Program-made: the position numbers and the translations under genes
The notes under the pieces: model-generated
Databases searched by the model: none
What the model was told of the DNA's origin: nothing
What the model saw: the letters and a program-made list of their open reading frames with translations, nothing else
Virus record (IMG/VR): IMGVR_UViG_3300031857_000002
Coordinates: 248,001-312,000 of that record
Reading direction: 5' to 3' (one strand)
Length of the DNA stretch: 64,000 nt
Shown here: positions 9,238 to 18,089 of the stretch, one piece after another
Layout: every line of letters starts with the position of its first letter
Numbering within the stretch: position 1 is the first letter of the stretch

Positions 9238-9686
9238 GCTGATTTCCTTTGTTTTAAATATTGTTCCCATTGTATCCACTGATTCTTGACCAGGAATCCC
9301 CAGTCGCGTTGTTTGGGTCCGGGCATGAACAAGGTCCAGGCTGTGATGTCAGGATCAAGTTCAATGCGATGAAAACTGTTGGCCTTGCTGATTCTAAAAT
9401 GTCCCGGTCCGCGCCACACCTGGTACTCACCAGTTTTTCTTCCCACAGTATCAAAGTGCGGGATCCATTCCCAGTAGCCACCTTTTAGTATGAGAGTGGC
9501 ATAAGGCCAAGGATGGTCATGCACATCATCGGGATCTGATTTGAGAAACTTGTGCAAAAACACATTAAACGGGAATCGTTCACGTTCCCGGAGAAACAAA
9601 TAATAGCGTTCAAGATATGGTTCATTTTGTACTCGGTCCATCACAATGCGTTTGCGTCCCAAACGGTCCAAAAGTTTTAATAGCAT
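9234..9686 (-). CDS. cupin-fold protein
   Basis: HDHPW...LKGGYWE...FHRIEL; GGAG RBS; TTGACA-17-TATAAT at 9708-9736. Confidence 0.75.
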   Translation of the reverse strand: MLLKLLDRLGRKRIVMDRVQNEPYLERYYLFLRERERFPFNVFLHKFLKSDPDDVHDHPWPYATLILKGGYWEWIPHFDTVGRKTGEYQVWRGPGHFRISKANSFHRIELDPDITAWTLFMPGPKQRDWGFLVKNQWIQWEQYLKQRKSA

Positions 9687-9747
9687 TGGCTACTCCTTTA
9701 CAACACAATTATACAACATCACGCATTATTTGTCAATAAGTATTTGG

Positions 9748-10890
9748 ATGGAAAATTATCATCCCGAAACCTATTGCACCTATGCGTTTGGTGGCTATGC
9801 CAGTCACGAAAAATGGATATGTTGTGCCGGAACAGGCCAGTTCAACAGCTTTGCCGAAGTTAACCAAAGTGAAGAAATCCAACAACTGCGGCAAGCACTA
9901 CAGCGTGGTGAGCGTCATCCCACCTGTGCAGTGTGTTGGGACGCAGAAGCGGCCGGGAACGCCAGTGCCAGGTCTGTAGGATCTGCTGATCGAGACTGGC
10001 AAAGGATTCAAATTGAATTTGCAGAACCCAAACTGCGACATCTTTGGATTGACAGTGGCAGTGTATGCAACTTGGCTTGCAGAATCTGCGAACCCAGATA
10101 CAGTAGCAGTCTCTACAAAGAGCACAAGGATCGATTTGGGCATACCACTGTGCCTATTACCAAGACCAATGTGGCGTATTTGATCACAGAAGACTTTAGC
10201 CAAATCGAAAACATCATGATACTAGGCGGTGAGCCATTTCTGAACCTGGACTATTGTGCTGTGTTAGAGGAAATTGTGCGCCAAGGTCGTGCTGGCCAAT
10301 GTACCTTGGTGTTTTTCAGCAATGGTACTGTGCGCCCAAGTCAACGTGTGATAGATTTGCTGGCGCAGTTTTCACAAGTGGTATTGTATTTCAGCACTGA
10401 TGCTGTGGGAGACCAATTTGGGTATGTACGTACCAATGGCATCTGGTCTCAGGTCATAGACAACATCGACTACATTGCATCGGCAAGTATTCCGCAGCTC
10501 AGGCAGAACTTTCACATAACAGTGAGCGCATTGAATGTGATGTATCTAGATGAGTTACTCTCCTGGATGGCCGAGTATTATGGTGCTGGACAAGATCCTC
10601 GTGCGGTAATTGCCCAAGCCATGAGCGAACACCGAATAACCTACATGGTAACCAATCGTCCCTCGCACTACTCGTTTGGTATTTTTACTGATGCCCAGCG
10701 TCAACAGGTATTAACACATTTGGAACATAGTGCTTTTGATCTACAAGGTATTGCAAATCAAATTACCAACTACTCCTATACACCTACACATGCTGAAAAG
10801 TTCTGGTCAGAGACTGAGTGGACCAAACAGTACCAAGGTCTAGCAGTTGAACAATACCTACCAAGGTTGGTCAACATCTTGCAGTCGTAA
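9748..10890 (+). CDS. radical SAM protein with N-terminal Cys-rich (SPASM/twitch-like) segment
   Basis: CNLACRIC, GGEP, FSNG; N-terminal C...CC...CxxCW. Confidence 0.88.
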   Translation: MENYHPETYCTYAFGGYASHEKWICCAGTGQFNSFAEVNQSEEIQQLRQALQRGERHPTCAVCWDAEAAGNASARSVGSADRDWQRIQIEFAEPKLRHLWIDSGSVCNLACRICEPRYSSSLYKEHKDRFGHTTVPITKTNVAYLITEDFSQIENIMILGGEPFLNLDYCAVLEEIVRQGRAGQCTLVFFSNGTVRPSQRVIDLLAQFSQVVLYFSTDAVGDQFGYVRTNGIWSQVIDNIDYIASASIPQLRQNFHITVSALNVMYLDELLSWMAEYYGAGQDPRAVIAQAMSEHRITYMVTNRPSHYSFGIFTDAQRQQVLTHLEHSAFDLQGIANQITNYSYTPTHAEKFWSETEWTKQYQGLAVEQYLPRLVNILQS

Positions 10891-10918
10891 AAAAAGGCTG
10901 CCGTAAGCAACCTTTTTT
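10889..10918. terminator. bidirectional intrinsic terminator
   Basis: A7-GGCTGCCGTAAGCAACC-T6 between convergent genes. Confidence 0.75.
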
Positions 10919-10951
10919 GGTGTGACCCCTGGGATGGAGTCAGCGGGTCTA

Positions 10952-11218
10952 TTAGACCAGGCCCATGGCCATAGCTTTGTAACCAGCGGCTACTAACTTG
11001 CGGCTTGGTTTGCCAATCACATATTCTGTAACTTTAACACCATTGCCAGCCACACGCTGGTTGGCATATACTGCAAAGCCAGCTTGGCGGATGCGGCTGA
11101 CTTCGGCGCTGATGTTTTTAACACCAAAACGCTTTTCAGCTTGGCTAGCTGTAACTGTCTCGCCTTTGTGCAAAGCAGAGAACAATTTGTAAGTTTTTGT
11201 TTCAGGATTGAATCGCAT
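10952..11218 (-). CDS. small basic winged-HTH-like DNA-binding protein
   Basis: GETVTASQAEKRFGVKNISAEVSRIRQAG HTH-like pattern; AAAGG RBS. Confidence 0.7.
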   Translation of the reverse strand: MRFNPETKTYKLFSALHKGETVTASQAEKRFGVKNISAEVSRIRQAGFAVYANQRVAGNGVKVTEYVIGKPSRKLVAAGYKAMAMGLV

Positions 11219-11437
11219 ATTAAATTTACCTTTCATGTAAAAATACTGTTTGCGTACAGTATGTCACTATTATACAGGCATTATAACACAAACACAACGG
11301 CATTTGGCACAGCATTTGCCAAAACAAAATATTTTGGCAACATGTACAAAACGTGTAAACGTTTGGCAGAGCTGTGGCGTTATATATGTGTAGCCAGGAA
11401 GGTCTTGGTCTACCAGTTTCTAATCAAGGAGATTACC

Positions 11438-11641
11438 ATGAAACAACTTATTACTCTTATTGCCACCACTGTATTTGCAGTTTCTGTTTTTGCCCAGGCA
11501 CCTGCTGCCAAGAAAGAAGAAAAGAAAGCTGATGCCAAGCCTGCTGTTACAGCACCAGCACCTGCCGCAACTGCGCCAGCAACGCCTGCCAAAAGTGAGC
11601 CTGCTAAGAAAGACGACAAGAAAGACGCTTCTAAGAAGTAA
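11438..11641 (+). CDS. secreted Ala/Lys/Pro-rich small protein
   Basis: AAGGAG RBS; signal peptide MKQLITLIATTVFAVSVFA. Confidence 0.8.
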   Translation: MKQLITLIATTVFAVSVFAQAPAAKKEEKKADAKPAVTAPAPAATAPATPAKSEPAKKDDKKDASKK

Positions 11642-11827
11642 TCCTAAGGGTCTAGACGACGGTGATTTTGAAGTTGATGATGAAGTCACTTTTGGACGTA
11701 ATCGGAGGAGTTTGGAGTTTGGAAAACTAGTCCACGATGAAGATCTTTCTGATTATGTGCTAGATAGATTGTACTTGGCCAGGATGTTGGCCTTGAAAAA
11801 ACATCAAGAAGTTTGGACCTAAAAGGT

Positions 11828-11856
11828 AAAAAAACCTGTCGCAAGGCAGGTTTTTT
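11828..11856 (+). terminator. intrinsic terminator
   Basis: CCTGTC-GCAA-GGCAGG followed by T6. Confidence 0.8.
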
Positions 11857-11913
11857 AATGGTTTTGTAATATTACGATGATAAATAGCTGTACATAAAGA
11901 AACGGCGTATATT

Positions 11914-12345
11914 ATGTTACACACAATCACATGCATCACAGAAGACCTAGAAACTCTGATCAAAGACGACCCTGTTCGTCCAGAGATACCATTGACCGAT
12001 CGTGTCAATATTAACAGTCGAATGTATGTGCTCAAGGATGGTGACAAGACCGAAGCTGTGACCTGTGTGAAGTTTCTGAACTCAATTCCTGAGGCTGTGG
12101 AGGACATGGCTGGAATTGTGGAGAGTGCCACAACTGCTGTTTTTTACACAATTTGGAGTTACGCCGCAGGCGCTGGCCGTACCTTGATCCAAGAAGCCCA
12201 GAAGTCAATTGAAGCAGAGTTTCCGGGCATTGATACCTATGTGACCTTGAGTCCCAAGACTGAAATGGCTCGACGTTTCCATTTGAAGAATGGTGCTGGT
12301 ATCTACCGCGAAAATTCTACCACCATCAACTACATCTATAAGTAA
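11914..12345 (+). CDS. minimal malonyl-CoA decarboxylase-like GNAT-fold protein
   Basis: AVFYTIWS, VTLSP and RFHLKNGA match MCD catalytic-domain motifs. Confidence 0.65.
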   Translation: MLHTITCITEDLETLIKDDPVRPEIPLTDRVNINSRMYVLKDGDKTEAVTCVKFLNSIPEAVEDMAGIVESATTAVFYTIWSYAAGAGRTLIQEAQKSIEAEFPGIDTYVTLSPKTEMARRFHLKNGAGIYRENSTTINYIYK

Positions 12346-12417
12346 ACATGCTCGTGTAGCAATCTTGTCCTGCAAGGGGCGGGACTTGAACGACACACAC
12401 ATACACAGGAGAAAAAC

Positions 12418-12645
12418 ATGAGCAAAACACCTTACGAGATCCGTCTCGAACTTCTTAATCTGGCCAAAGAAATTCTTTCAACACCAGTCCATGAAAAACG
12501 CAACAAACTCAGCGACGAATATCATTCCAAACTGACTGATGCCAATCGTGATAGTTTACCGTTTCCAACCATGCCCGACTTTCCGTCAACAACGGCCATT
12601 GTTGCTGAAGCAGAAGCACTCAAGAAGTTTGTAGACCAAGCGTAA
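12418..12645 (+). CDS. conserved phage hypothetical protein
   Basis: CAGGAG RBS; KTPYEIRLELL...FP...I..A..L..FV. Confidence 0.8.
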   Translation: MSKTPYEIRLELLNLAKEILSTPVHEKRNKLSDEYHSKLTDANRDSLPFPTMPDFPSTTAIVAEAEALKKFVDQA

Positions 12646-12650
12646 AAAAC

Positions 12651-12674
12651 AAAAGCCCCGCAAGGGGCTTTCTT
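12651..12674. terminator. intrinsic terminator
   Basis: AAAAGCCCC-GCAA-GGGGCTTT between convergent genes. Confidence 0.85.
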
Positions 12675-13020
12675 ATGGTTGTATGCTTTTGACGTGTTTA
12701 CAATCACCTCGGAACCTAAATCCTGAACAGGTGCAAGAAAGGTAGCCATTGGCCTCAGTTACTTTGTACACATCACCCTTTGATCCTTGAACTTCCCATA
12801 CACGACCTTCGGGCTCTTCCTTTGTGACAATCTTGTACTGAGTAGAGCTCTCTACAAACTTGCGGCCACGAGTGTCAATTTTGATTGGGTTTTTGAACTG
12901 CTTGGGAGTGCCGCTACCGGGACTGACGTAGGCATACAGTTTGGTCTTGGAGTCGTTCAAGAGATAGGTGCCGTTGGGCATGCTATCTGTGTATGCGGTT
13001 GTCTCTGAGTACCACTTCAT
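12673..13020 (-). CDS. SWIM zinc-finger protein
   Basis: CTCSGFRFRGDCKH (CxC-xn-CxH). Confidence 0.8.
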   Translation of the reverse strand: MKWYSETTAYTDSMPNGTYLLNDSKTKLYAYVSPGSGTPKQFKNPIKIDTRGRKFVESSTQYKIVTKEEPEGRVWEVQGSKGDVYKVTEANGYLSCTCSGFRFRGDCKHVKSIQP

Positions 13021-13250
13021 TCTACTAGGCCCACGCTTTTCTTGATCTCATAGCGAGCAATCTTCTCGTCAAAGTACATGCGGGTACCTTCCATGTAAGG
13101 ACTTGCTACCACAATCTCACCAATCTCTGCGGCCACTAACTGGGCAAAGCGAGTGAGAATGCTTTGAGTGTCTTCCATCTGATCCAAGGGATCTCGGTCC
13201 AGAATTGTTTGGTAGTCGTTAATGAGTTTTTGTACGTTCTGATGAATCAT
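13017..13250 (-). CDS. hypothetical protein
   Basis: ORF with ATGA overlap. Confidence 0.65.
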   Translation of the reverse strand: MIHQNVQKLINDYQTILDRDPLDQMEDTQSILTRFAQLVAAEIGEIVVASPYMEGTRMYFDEKIARYEIKKSVGLVE

Positions 13251-13259
13251 TTTGTTGCC

Positions 13260-13343
13260 TTAAATCTTTGTAAGAATCCAAACCTTCACAGCAAAGATCA
13301 CAACGACCACTGCTGTTGTTACAATAATTTCTAAGTCTGTCAT
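13260..13343 (-). CDS. 27-aa single-TM peptide
   Basis: Hand translation MTDLEIIVTTAVVVVIFAVKVWILTKI; GGAG upstream. Confidence 0.55.
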   Translation of the reverse strand: MTDLEIIVTTAVVVVIFAVKVWILTKI

Positions 13344-13621
13344 CACATGCTCCAGTAGGCTTCGCTGTCAACTCGGCAAGCCCAAGGTGTGTCAGCATCA
13401 ATTTCCACAGGCTTGCCTGTCATCAAATTACGAACAGTGATCTTGGGTGCCGTGTAAGTGTCACGTGCCACAATGTTCAGTTGGCTTTCGTTCCAACCTG
13501 CTTTGTTGCAGAGACGTGTACGGGTGGCTTTGGCGGCACCAAATGTTTTGTATGCACGAGTTTTGTTAGGACCGTCTGTAACGATAAGACCGGTACCTTT
13601 AGCTACGATTACATAAGACAT
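13343..13621 (-). CDS. hypothetical early protein
   Basis: Start MSYVIVAKG behind a promoter repeat; VRNLMTGKPVEIDADTPWAC...YWSM. Confidence 0.8.
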   Translation of the reverse strand: MSYVIVAKGTGLIVTDGPNKTRAYKTFGAAKATRTRLCNKAGWNESQLNIVARDTYTAPKITVRNLMTGKPVEIDADTPWACRVDSEAYWSM

Positions 13622-13627
13622 CTTGAA

Positions 13628-13682
13628 CTCCTTTTTAATTACTATACAAGTATTATAGCAAATTGGGATATTTTGGTCAACC
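13628..13682 (-). repeat. promoter-leader repeat copy 2
   Basis: TTGACC (13675-80)-17-TATAAT (13652-57)-ACTTGTATAGTAATTAAAAAGGAG. Confidence 0.92.
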
Positions 13683-13709
13683 TTTTTGTGTGTTGTAAAA
13701 AAACAACAC

Positions 13710-14111
13710 TTACAGCTCAATAGCCCTGCGGAACAAGATTTCTTGTTTGGCAAATGCCTGAATCTCCCAAGGCTGGTCCAGGTACGGCACCTTGCGTCCG
13801 TAGTACTTGCCTTTCCACAGCTTGCCACGTGGGGTCAACTGCAAGGTGCCTTTGGCAAACTGTGCTACATGAGTGAGCTCGTGTGCCAGGGTTGCACCCA
13901 ACAAGGTTTTGTCTTTTTGCGGTTTGATCACAACCAAGTAGGTGTCAAGGCCATTAAGCGGCACAGTGGTGCCCAGGTCCTCAAGATCACGGTCTATCAT
14001 AACATGCAGGAATTTTTTGCTGGTAGTCAGTTTCAACTGCTCTAGCATGGAAGGAAGCAAGCTCTCAACAAAACGTTTGGTTTGGCCTCGGCCGTCAACA
14101 TGAAATTCCAT
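13710..14111 (-). CDS. zincin-type metallopeptidase-like protein
   Basis: AHELTH (HExxH) and PWEIQA. Confidence 0.75.
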   Translation of the reverse strand: MEFHVDGRGQTKRFVESLLPSMLEQLKLTTSKKFLHVMIDRDLEDLGTTVPLNGLDTYLVVIKPQKDKTLLGATLAHELTHVAQFAKGTLQLTPRGKLWKGKYYGRKVPYLDQPWEIQAFAKQEILFRRAIEL

Positions 14112-14117
14112 GTGTCA

Positions 14118-14172
14118 CTCCTTTTTAATTACTATACAAGTATTATAGCAAATGGGGATTTATTGGTCAACC
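14118..14172 (-). repeat. promoter-leader repeat copy 3
   Basis: TTGACC (14165-70)-17-TATAAT (14142-47) with the same leader and RBS. Confidence 0.92.
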
Positions 14173-14577
14173 AAAGATTTCCATGGTGTTGTACAGTTGA
14201 TCCTGGGGTACATTATGCTGACGATAGCCCTCTAGTACTGTTGCAAAATAACCACGACTTGGAGGTTCATCCAAATGTCCAGGTTGCATGTAGTAAGTTT
14301 CTGCCAACACAGTCCTGCCCTCAAACGCCACTCTAAGAGCACGGCGATTGTAGTAGTAAGGAAACCCTTCTAAGCTGTCAAGTGCTTTTAGATGGCTGTT
14401 GTTGATTTCCCACAGTACTCCGTCCACAAAAGACCCGCGACATTTTACAACATCGGCATGGGTGGCAAAACGGAACACATGGTCAATCAAGCGGGCATGC
14501 CCAAAACTTGTTGCGCCAGGGCAACGTAGAGCCATTTCGGCCTGATTTGTGTTCATTCCATAAGAAAAATATAGCAT
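14167..14577 (-). CDS. gamma-glutamylcyclotransferase (AIG2-like) family protein
   Basis: YFSYGMN, GVLWEI, LDSLEG; ATG at predicted +1 of promoter 14584-14612 (partial repeat copy). Confidence 0.85.
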   Translation of the reverse strand: MLYFSYGMNTNQAEMALRCPGATSFGHARLIDHVFRFATHADVVKCRGSFVDGVLWEINNSHLKALDSLEGFPYYYNRRALRVAFEGRTVLAETYYMQPGHLDEPPSRGYFATVLEGYRQHNVPQDQLYNTMEIFG

Positions 14578-14677
14578 ACAAGTATTATAGCAAACTGTAG
14601 ATTAATGGTCAACCGGGAGTTATAGGAATATATTAGTGGAAACCACTAGTGGTAAATACGTAGAAGGAAATAAAATC

Positions 14678-14848
14678 ATGACACAAACCATAGCACGACT
14701 ACTGGAAAGGTTGGGTGAAATGTTCCCGGGATCTGACTACCAGAGCCGCTTGGACTCATATCTAAGCACCAAAGGCATTACCGATACTGCACAGTTGGAA
14801 ACCTACATCCGACAATATCAATATTCTCAAAAGGAAACTTATCTATGA
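14678..14848 (+). CDS. small protein, DUF3563-like
   Basis: AAGGA RBS; YLS...TDTAQLE.YIR resembles that family. Confidence 0.6.
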   Translation: MTQTIARLLERLGEMFPGSDYQSRLDSYLSTKGITDTAQLETYIRQYQYSQKETYL

Positions 14849-14949
14849 AAAACTTTATCAACACACTATATGACGGTCTAATTTCTTGGGCTGAAATGAT
14901 TCACGAATACCGTCAAAGCCCTGCCAGCAAATACAACTACTGGAAATGA
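14845..14949 (+). CDS. 34-aa micro-ORF
   Basis: AAGGA RBS, ATGA overlap; MKNFINTLYDGLISWAEMIHEYRQSPASKYNYWK. Confidence 0.6.
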   Translation: MKNFINTLYDGLISWAEMIHEYRQSPASKYNYWK

Positions 14950-15035
14950 TTATGGACATAGAATTAGTGGCAATTCAAATTATTCTGTTTGGTATAATAA
15001 TTCTAGTGTATATGGTACAGGAGTTTGATAAATGA
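14946..15035 (+). CDS. 29-aa hydrophobic micro-ORF
   Basis: ATGA overlap; MIMDIELVAIQIILFGIIILVYMVQEFDK. Confidence 0.55.
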   Translation: MIMDIELVAIQIILFGIIILVYMVQEFDK

Positions 15036-15130
15036 GCTTGATAGAAACTCTTGTGATGTTGTTGCGCTGGAAACAACAGGGATGGGAAGTGCATCCTTTA
15101 ATTGCCGACGAATTTGCCGGCTGGATTTAA
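15032..15130 (+). CDS. 32-aa micro-ORF
   Basis: AGGAG RBS, ATGA overlap; MSLIETLVMLLRWKQQGWEVHPLIADEFAGWI. Confidence 0.6.
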   Translation: MSLIETLVMLLRWKQQGWEVHPLIADEFAGWI

Positions 15131-15163
15131 ATAGATGTTGCAGGGTCTAACATTAAATAGATC

Positions 15164-16291
15164 ATGCAATGTAAATTTTTAAAACATGGTCTGGCTATCA
15201 GTTACGACCACGTGGTCAAGCCCTGTTGTGAATGGCAGCAGGATTCCAATTACCCAATTCAGAATCACATCAGTCAAGTTGACCTATCAACTTGGCATCA
15301 AAAAAACAAAGTTTTTGAGCAACAATTGGCCAACAATGAATGGCCTGTAGCCTGTGGTCAATGTCAGCACAGAGAACAACAAAATCGTCAAGACAGCATA
15401 AGATTAAACGGCAAACAATCCTATGCTCATTACACCGAAGACGATATTACTTTGGAAATTCGTCCAGGCAATGTGTGTAACTTTAGCTGCCAAACTTGCT
15501 GGCCAGAAGCCAGCAGTCGTGTGAGTCAACATCATGCACAGGCAGGATTGATTAATATCAAGTCTATTGACAGTAAACAAATAGATAACTTTGACTTTTT
15601 ACTACCGATTGCCTCAAGGATCAAAGATGTAGTGTTGCTGGGCGGGGAACCATTTTATGATCCTAACTGTAAAAAGTTTCTAGCCTGGTCACAACAAAAT
15701 CTTCGCAGCCGCATCACAATGTTTACCAATGGTAGTGCGGTAGACTGGGATTGGGTTGATAGTTATCCTGGACGGATCACCATGGTGTTTAGCATAGATG
15801 CTGTGGGCACCGCAGCCGAGTACATTAGATTTGGAACCGACTGGTCACAAGTTCTATCTAATTTTCAACAGGCTCAAGCACACGCCAAGGTAGATCTACG
15901 GGTAAACATCACTGCATCTGTGTACAACTACTACCACCTGGACCAGGTGATTGATTTGTTACTGCCACACTGGCCTACAGTAGTGACATTTGGCAGTCCC
16001 AGAATTGAGTATTTTTTAGAATCCTGTGTGCCGCTAAGGCATCGTACTGCAATAATTGATCGATTACAATTGGCATGTGTGCGCATCATGAAAAGCACAG
16101 TACCACCAGATCAAAAAACCAATGCAATAAATGCACTAAAATCTATTATTACAAATTTAAAAGTCAAGGACTGGGACCAAGACCAGTACACCGCGTTAAA
16201 AATCTATGTGCAAAAGATGGATCAGGTCAAACATGTAACTGTGAGAGATCACTGTGAATTTTTAGCTGATGTGTTAGATTTTTCCGAATAG
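15164..16291 (+). CDS. radical SAM protein with N-terminal Cys-rich segment
   Basis: CNFSCQTC, GGEP, FTNG; N-terminal C...PCC...CGQC. Confidence 0.88.
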   Translation: MQCKFLKHGLAISYDHVVKPCCEWQQDSNYPIQNHISQVDLSTWHQKNKVFEQQLANNEWPVACGQCQHREQQNRQDSIRLNGKQSYAHYTEDDITLEIRPGNVCNFSCQTCWPEASSRVSQHHAQAGLINIKSIDSKQIDNFDFLLPIASRIKDVVLLGGEPFYDPNCKKFLAWSQQNLRSRITMFTNGSAVDWDWVDSYPGRITMVFSIDAVGTAAEYIRFGTDWSQVLSNFQQAQAHAKVDLRVNITASVYNYYHLDQVIDLLLPHWPTVVTFGSPRIEYFLESCVPLRHRTAIIDRLQLACVRIMKSTVPPDQKTNAINALKSIITNLKVKDWDQDQYTALKIYVQKMDQVKHVTVRDHCEFLADVLDFSE

Positions 16292-17405
16292 CACCAGTAT
16301 TTTTTTGATCGCTAATCCAGGCAGTGGCCCCTGGAAGATTTTTTTCTATTAGTTTTTTTGATATAGAACTATCTAATATTTGTGCCACTGCTGCCTCTAC
16401 AGGCAGTCTCAGCATTAACTTTAACACATCCAAATCACGTAACAAGGTCCAAGTTAGAGTATTACCTATGTGCCAGTGTTGCCAATCATTTACCAATACA
16501 TTACATATCTCGTAAGCTAACCAACGAGGGTTTGTGGTAGTCAGTGTTGATTCAAATATTTTCTGGTGTTTGGGCAACATAAAATATTCATAGTGCAAAC
16601 AATCAGGATGTGTTTTTAACAGTTCTGGAATACTGGTGCCGCGGCTGGCCAAATACATGTTGGCAGTTACCGGACTTCGCAACATAAATTCATCACCAGG
16701 TGCACCAGACGCTAGTATTGTGGGTTCTAACCAGTGATGTATTTGATTGTATGCCCAAAACTTTTTCAAGTGATGCGAATTGTATTTCCAAAAGTGATCA
16801 TAATCTATGTGAAGATAATCAACTGATTCGACCTCGGCACCTGCACGTTTGAGATAACTATATACCAGCAACGAATCAACCCCGCCTGTTAAAAACGATC
16901 GTATGGGCAAGATATTGTGTTCAATAAAATTCCTAGTTCTGGCCAGTAGTATTTCATCAACTTGATCCAGCACTTGAGATTCAGTCAACAGGGCAAGATC
17001 AAGTGTGCCAATCACATTGAAGTTCCGTAAGGTAACTGCAAGATCCAAGGTAGCCGAAATCACGTTATTGGTCCAGGCAGTGTTGCTCAATGGCACAAGA
17101 TTGGTGATTTCTTTTTGTTGTTCAAACCAGATAGGAAAACTGCGGTACTTGTCTGTTTTAATTTCCAACTGATCTGTGCTGATTGCAATTACACAAAAGT
17201 TCCCCAACAGCTCAGGGCATTGTTGTTGTAATATATCAGGCAGAATCTCTAGCATTGTACCTGATTCGGAATAACCTTTGTACACCACAAACTGATCTCC
17301 CACTATGGTCTGATTCCATCCAGCATCGGTATTGACAGTTATGCCATGCCAACGCCACTGGTGCGAAAAATCTAGATTATCACTGTGGGAGATCGAAAAA
17401 AACAT
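16227..17405 (-). CDS. asparagine synthetase-like ATP pyrophosphatase
   Basis: FLTGGVDS PP-loop and SGAPGDE; no N-terminal Cys nucleophile. Confidence 0.7.
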   Translation of the reverse strand: MFFSISHSDNLDFSHQWRWHGITVNTDAGWNQTIVGDQFVVYKGYSESGTMLEILPDILQQQCPELLGNFCVIAISTDQLEIKTDKYRSFPIWFEQQKEITNLVPLSNTAWTNNVISATLDLAVTLRNFNVIGTLDLALLTESQVLDQVDEILLARTRNFIEHNILPIRSFLTGGVDSLLVYSYLKRAGAEVESVDYLHIDYDHFWKYNSHHLKKFWAYNQIHHWLEPTILASGAPGDEFMLRSPVTANMYLASRGTSIPELLKTHPDCLHYEYFMLPKHQKIFESTLTTTNPRWLAYEICNVLVNDWQHWHIGNTLTWTLLRDLDVLKLMLRLPVEAAVAQILDSSISKKLIEKNLPGATAWISDQKNTGAIRKNLTHQLKIHSDLSQLHV

Positions 17406-18028
17406 TATGCTCGCTTTTCCACAATTTTGTCAGCAAGGCCATATGCTACTGCCTGTTCTGCACTGAGGAACGTGTCAAACTTCATGGCTTCATACAGTTC
17501 GTCATAGGTTTTGCCTGCTGTGTTGTGACGCACATACAATTCTGTAAGGCGCTGATTGATGCGTTTTGATTCTTCAAATGTTCTACGAGCATCTTCAAAT
17601 TCAAGTTCTTGCACATGGATTGAGCCACGTGTGCTGGGAGTACCAGAACTCACACGGTGAATCATGGTGCGGCTTTCGGGCAACACAAAACGCTTGCCCG
17701 GAGCACCTGCTTGAGCCAAGAATGACCCCATACTGGCAGCTTGGCCAATAACAATGGTATGAACGTCGGGTTTGATAAACTGCATGGTGTCGTAGATTGC
17801 AAGTCCAGCAGTAACAAGTCCGCCTGGACTGTTTATATATAGCGAAATATCCTTGTCAGGGTCTTCACTTTCGAGGTACAACAATTGGCTTACAATCAAG
17901 CTGGCTGTATGCTCCGAAACTTCTGTGTCCAACATGATAATACGATCTTTGAGCAAGCGACTGTAAATGTCGTAACTGCGCTCACCTTTTGAGGTTTGTT
18001 CAACAACCATTGGGATCAAACTGGGCAT
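17405..18028 (-). CDS. clpP: ATP-dependent Clp protease proteolytic subunit
   Basis: [33 protein letters not shown]; AGGAG RBS. Confidence 0.95.
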   Translation of the reverse strand: MPSLIPMVVEQTSKGERSYDIYSRLLKDRIIMLDTEVSEHTASLIVSQLLYLESEDPDKDISLYINSPGGLVTAGLAIYDTMQFIKPDVHTIVIGQAASMGSFLAQAGAPGKRFVLPESRTMIHRVSSGTPSTRGSIHVQELEFEDARRTFEESKRINQRLTELYVRHNTAGKTYDELYEAMKFDTFLSAEQAVAYGLADKIVEKRA

Positions 18029-18089
18029 AAATTCTCCTGTGTTATGTAATGCTCTGTGATAAGTATAACATAATTCTCTGGGAAATACA

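Noticed and set aside
11460-11822. 120-aa ORF overlapping the secreted peptide
   Set aside because: The 5' half is a shadow frame. The 3' part (11640-11822) may be coding, but I could not place a start.
11853-11870. Third Pho box (TTTTAAT-GGTT-TTGTAAT)
   Set aside because: The first half-site is poor and overlaps a terminator T-run, and the spacing to TAAATA differs from the two good boxes.
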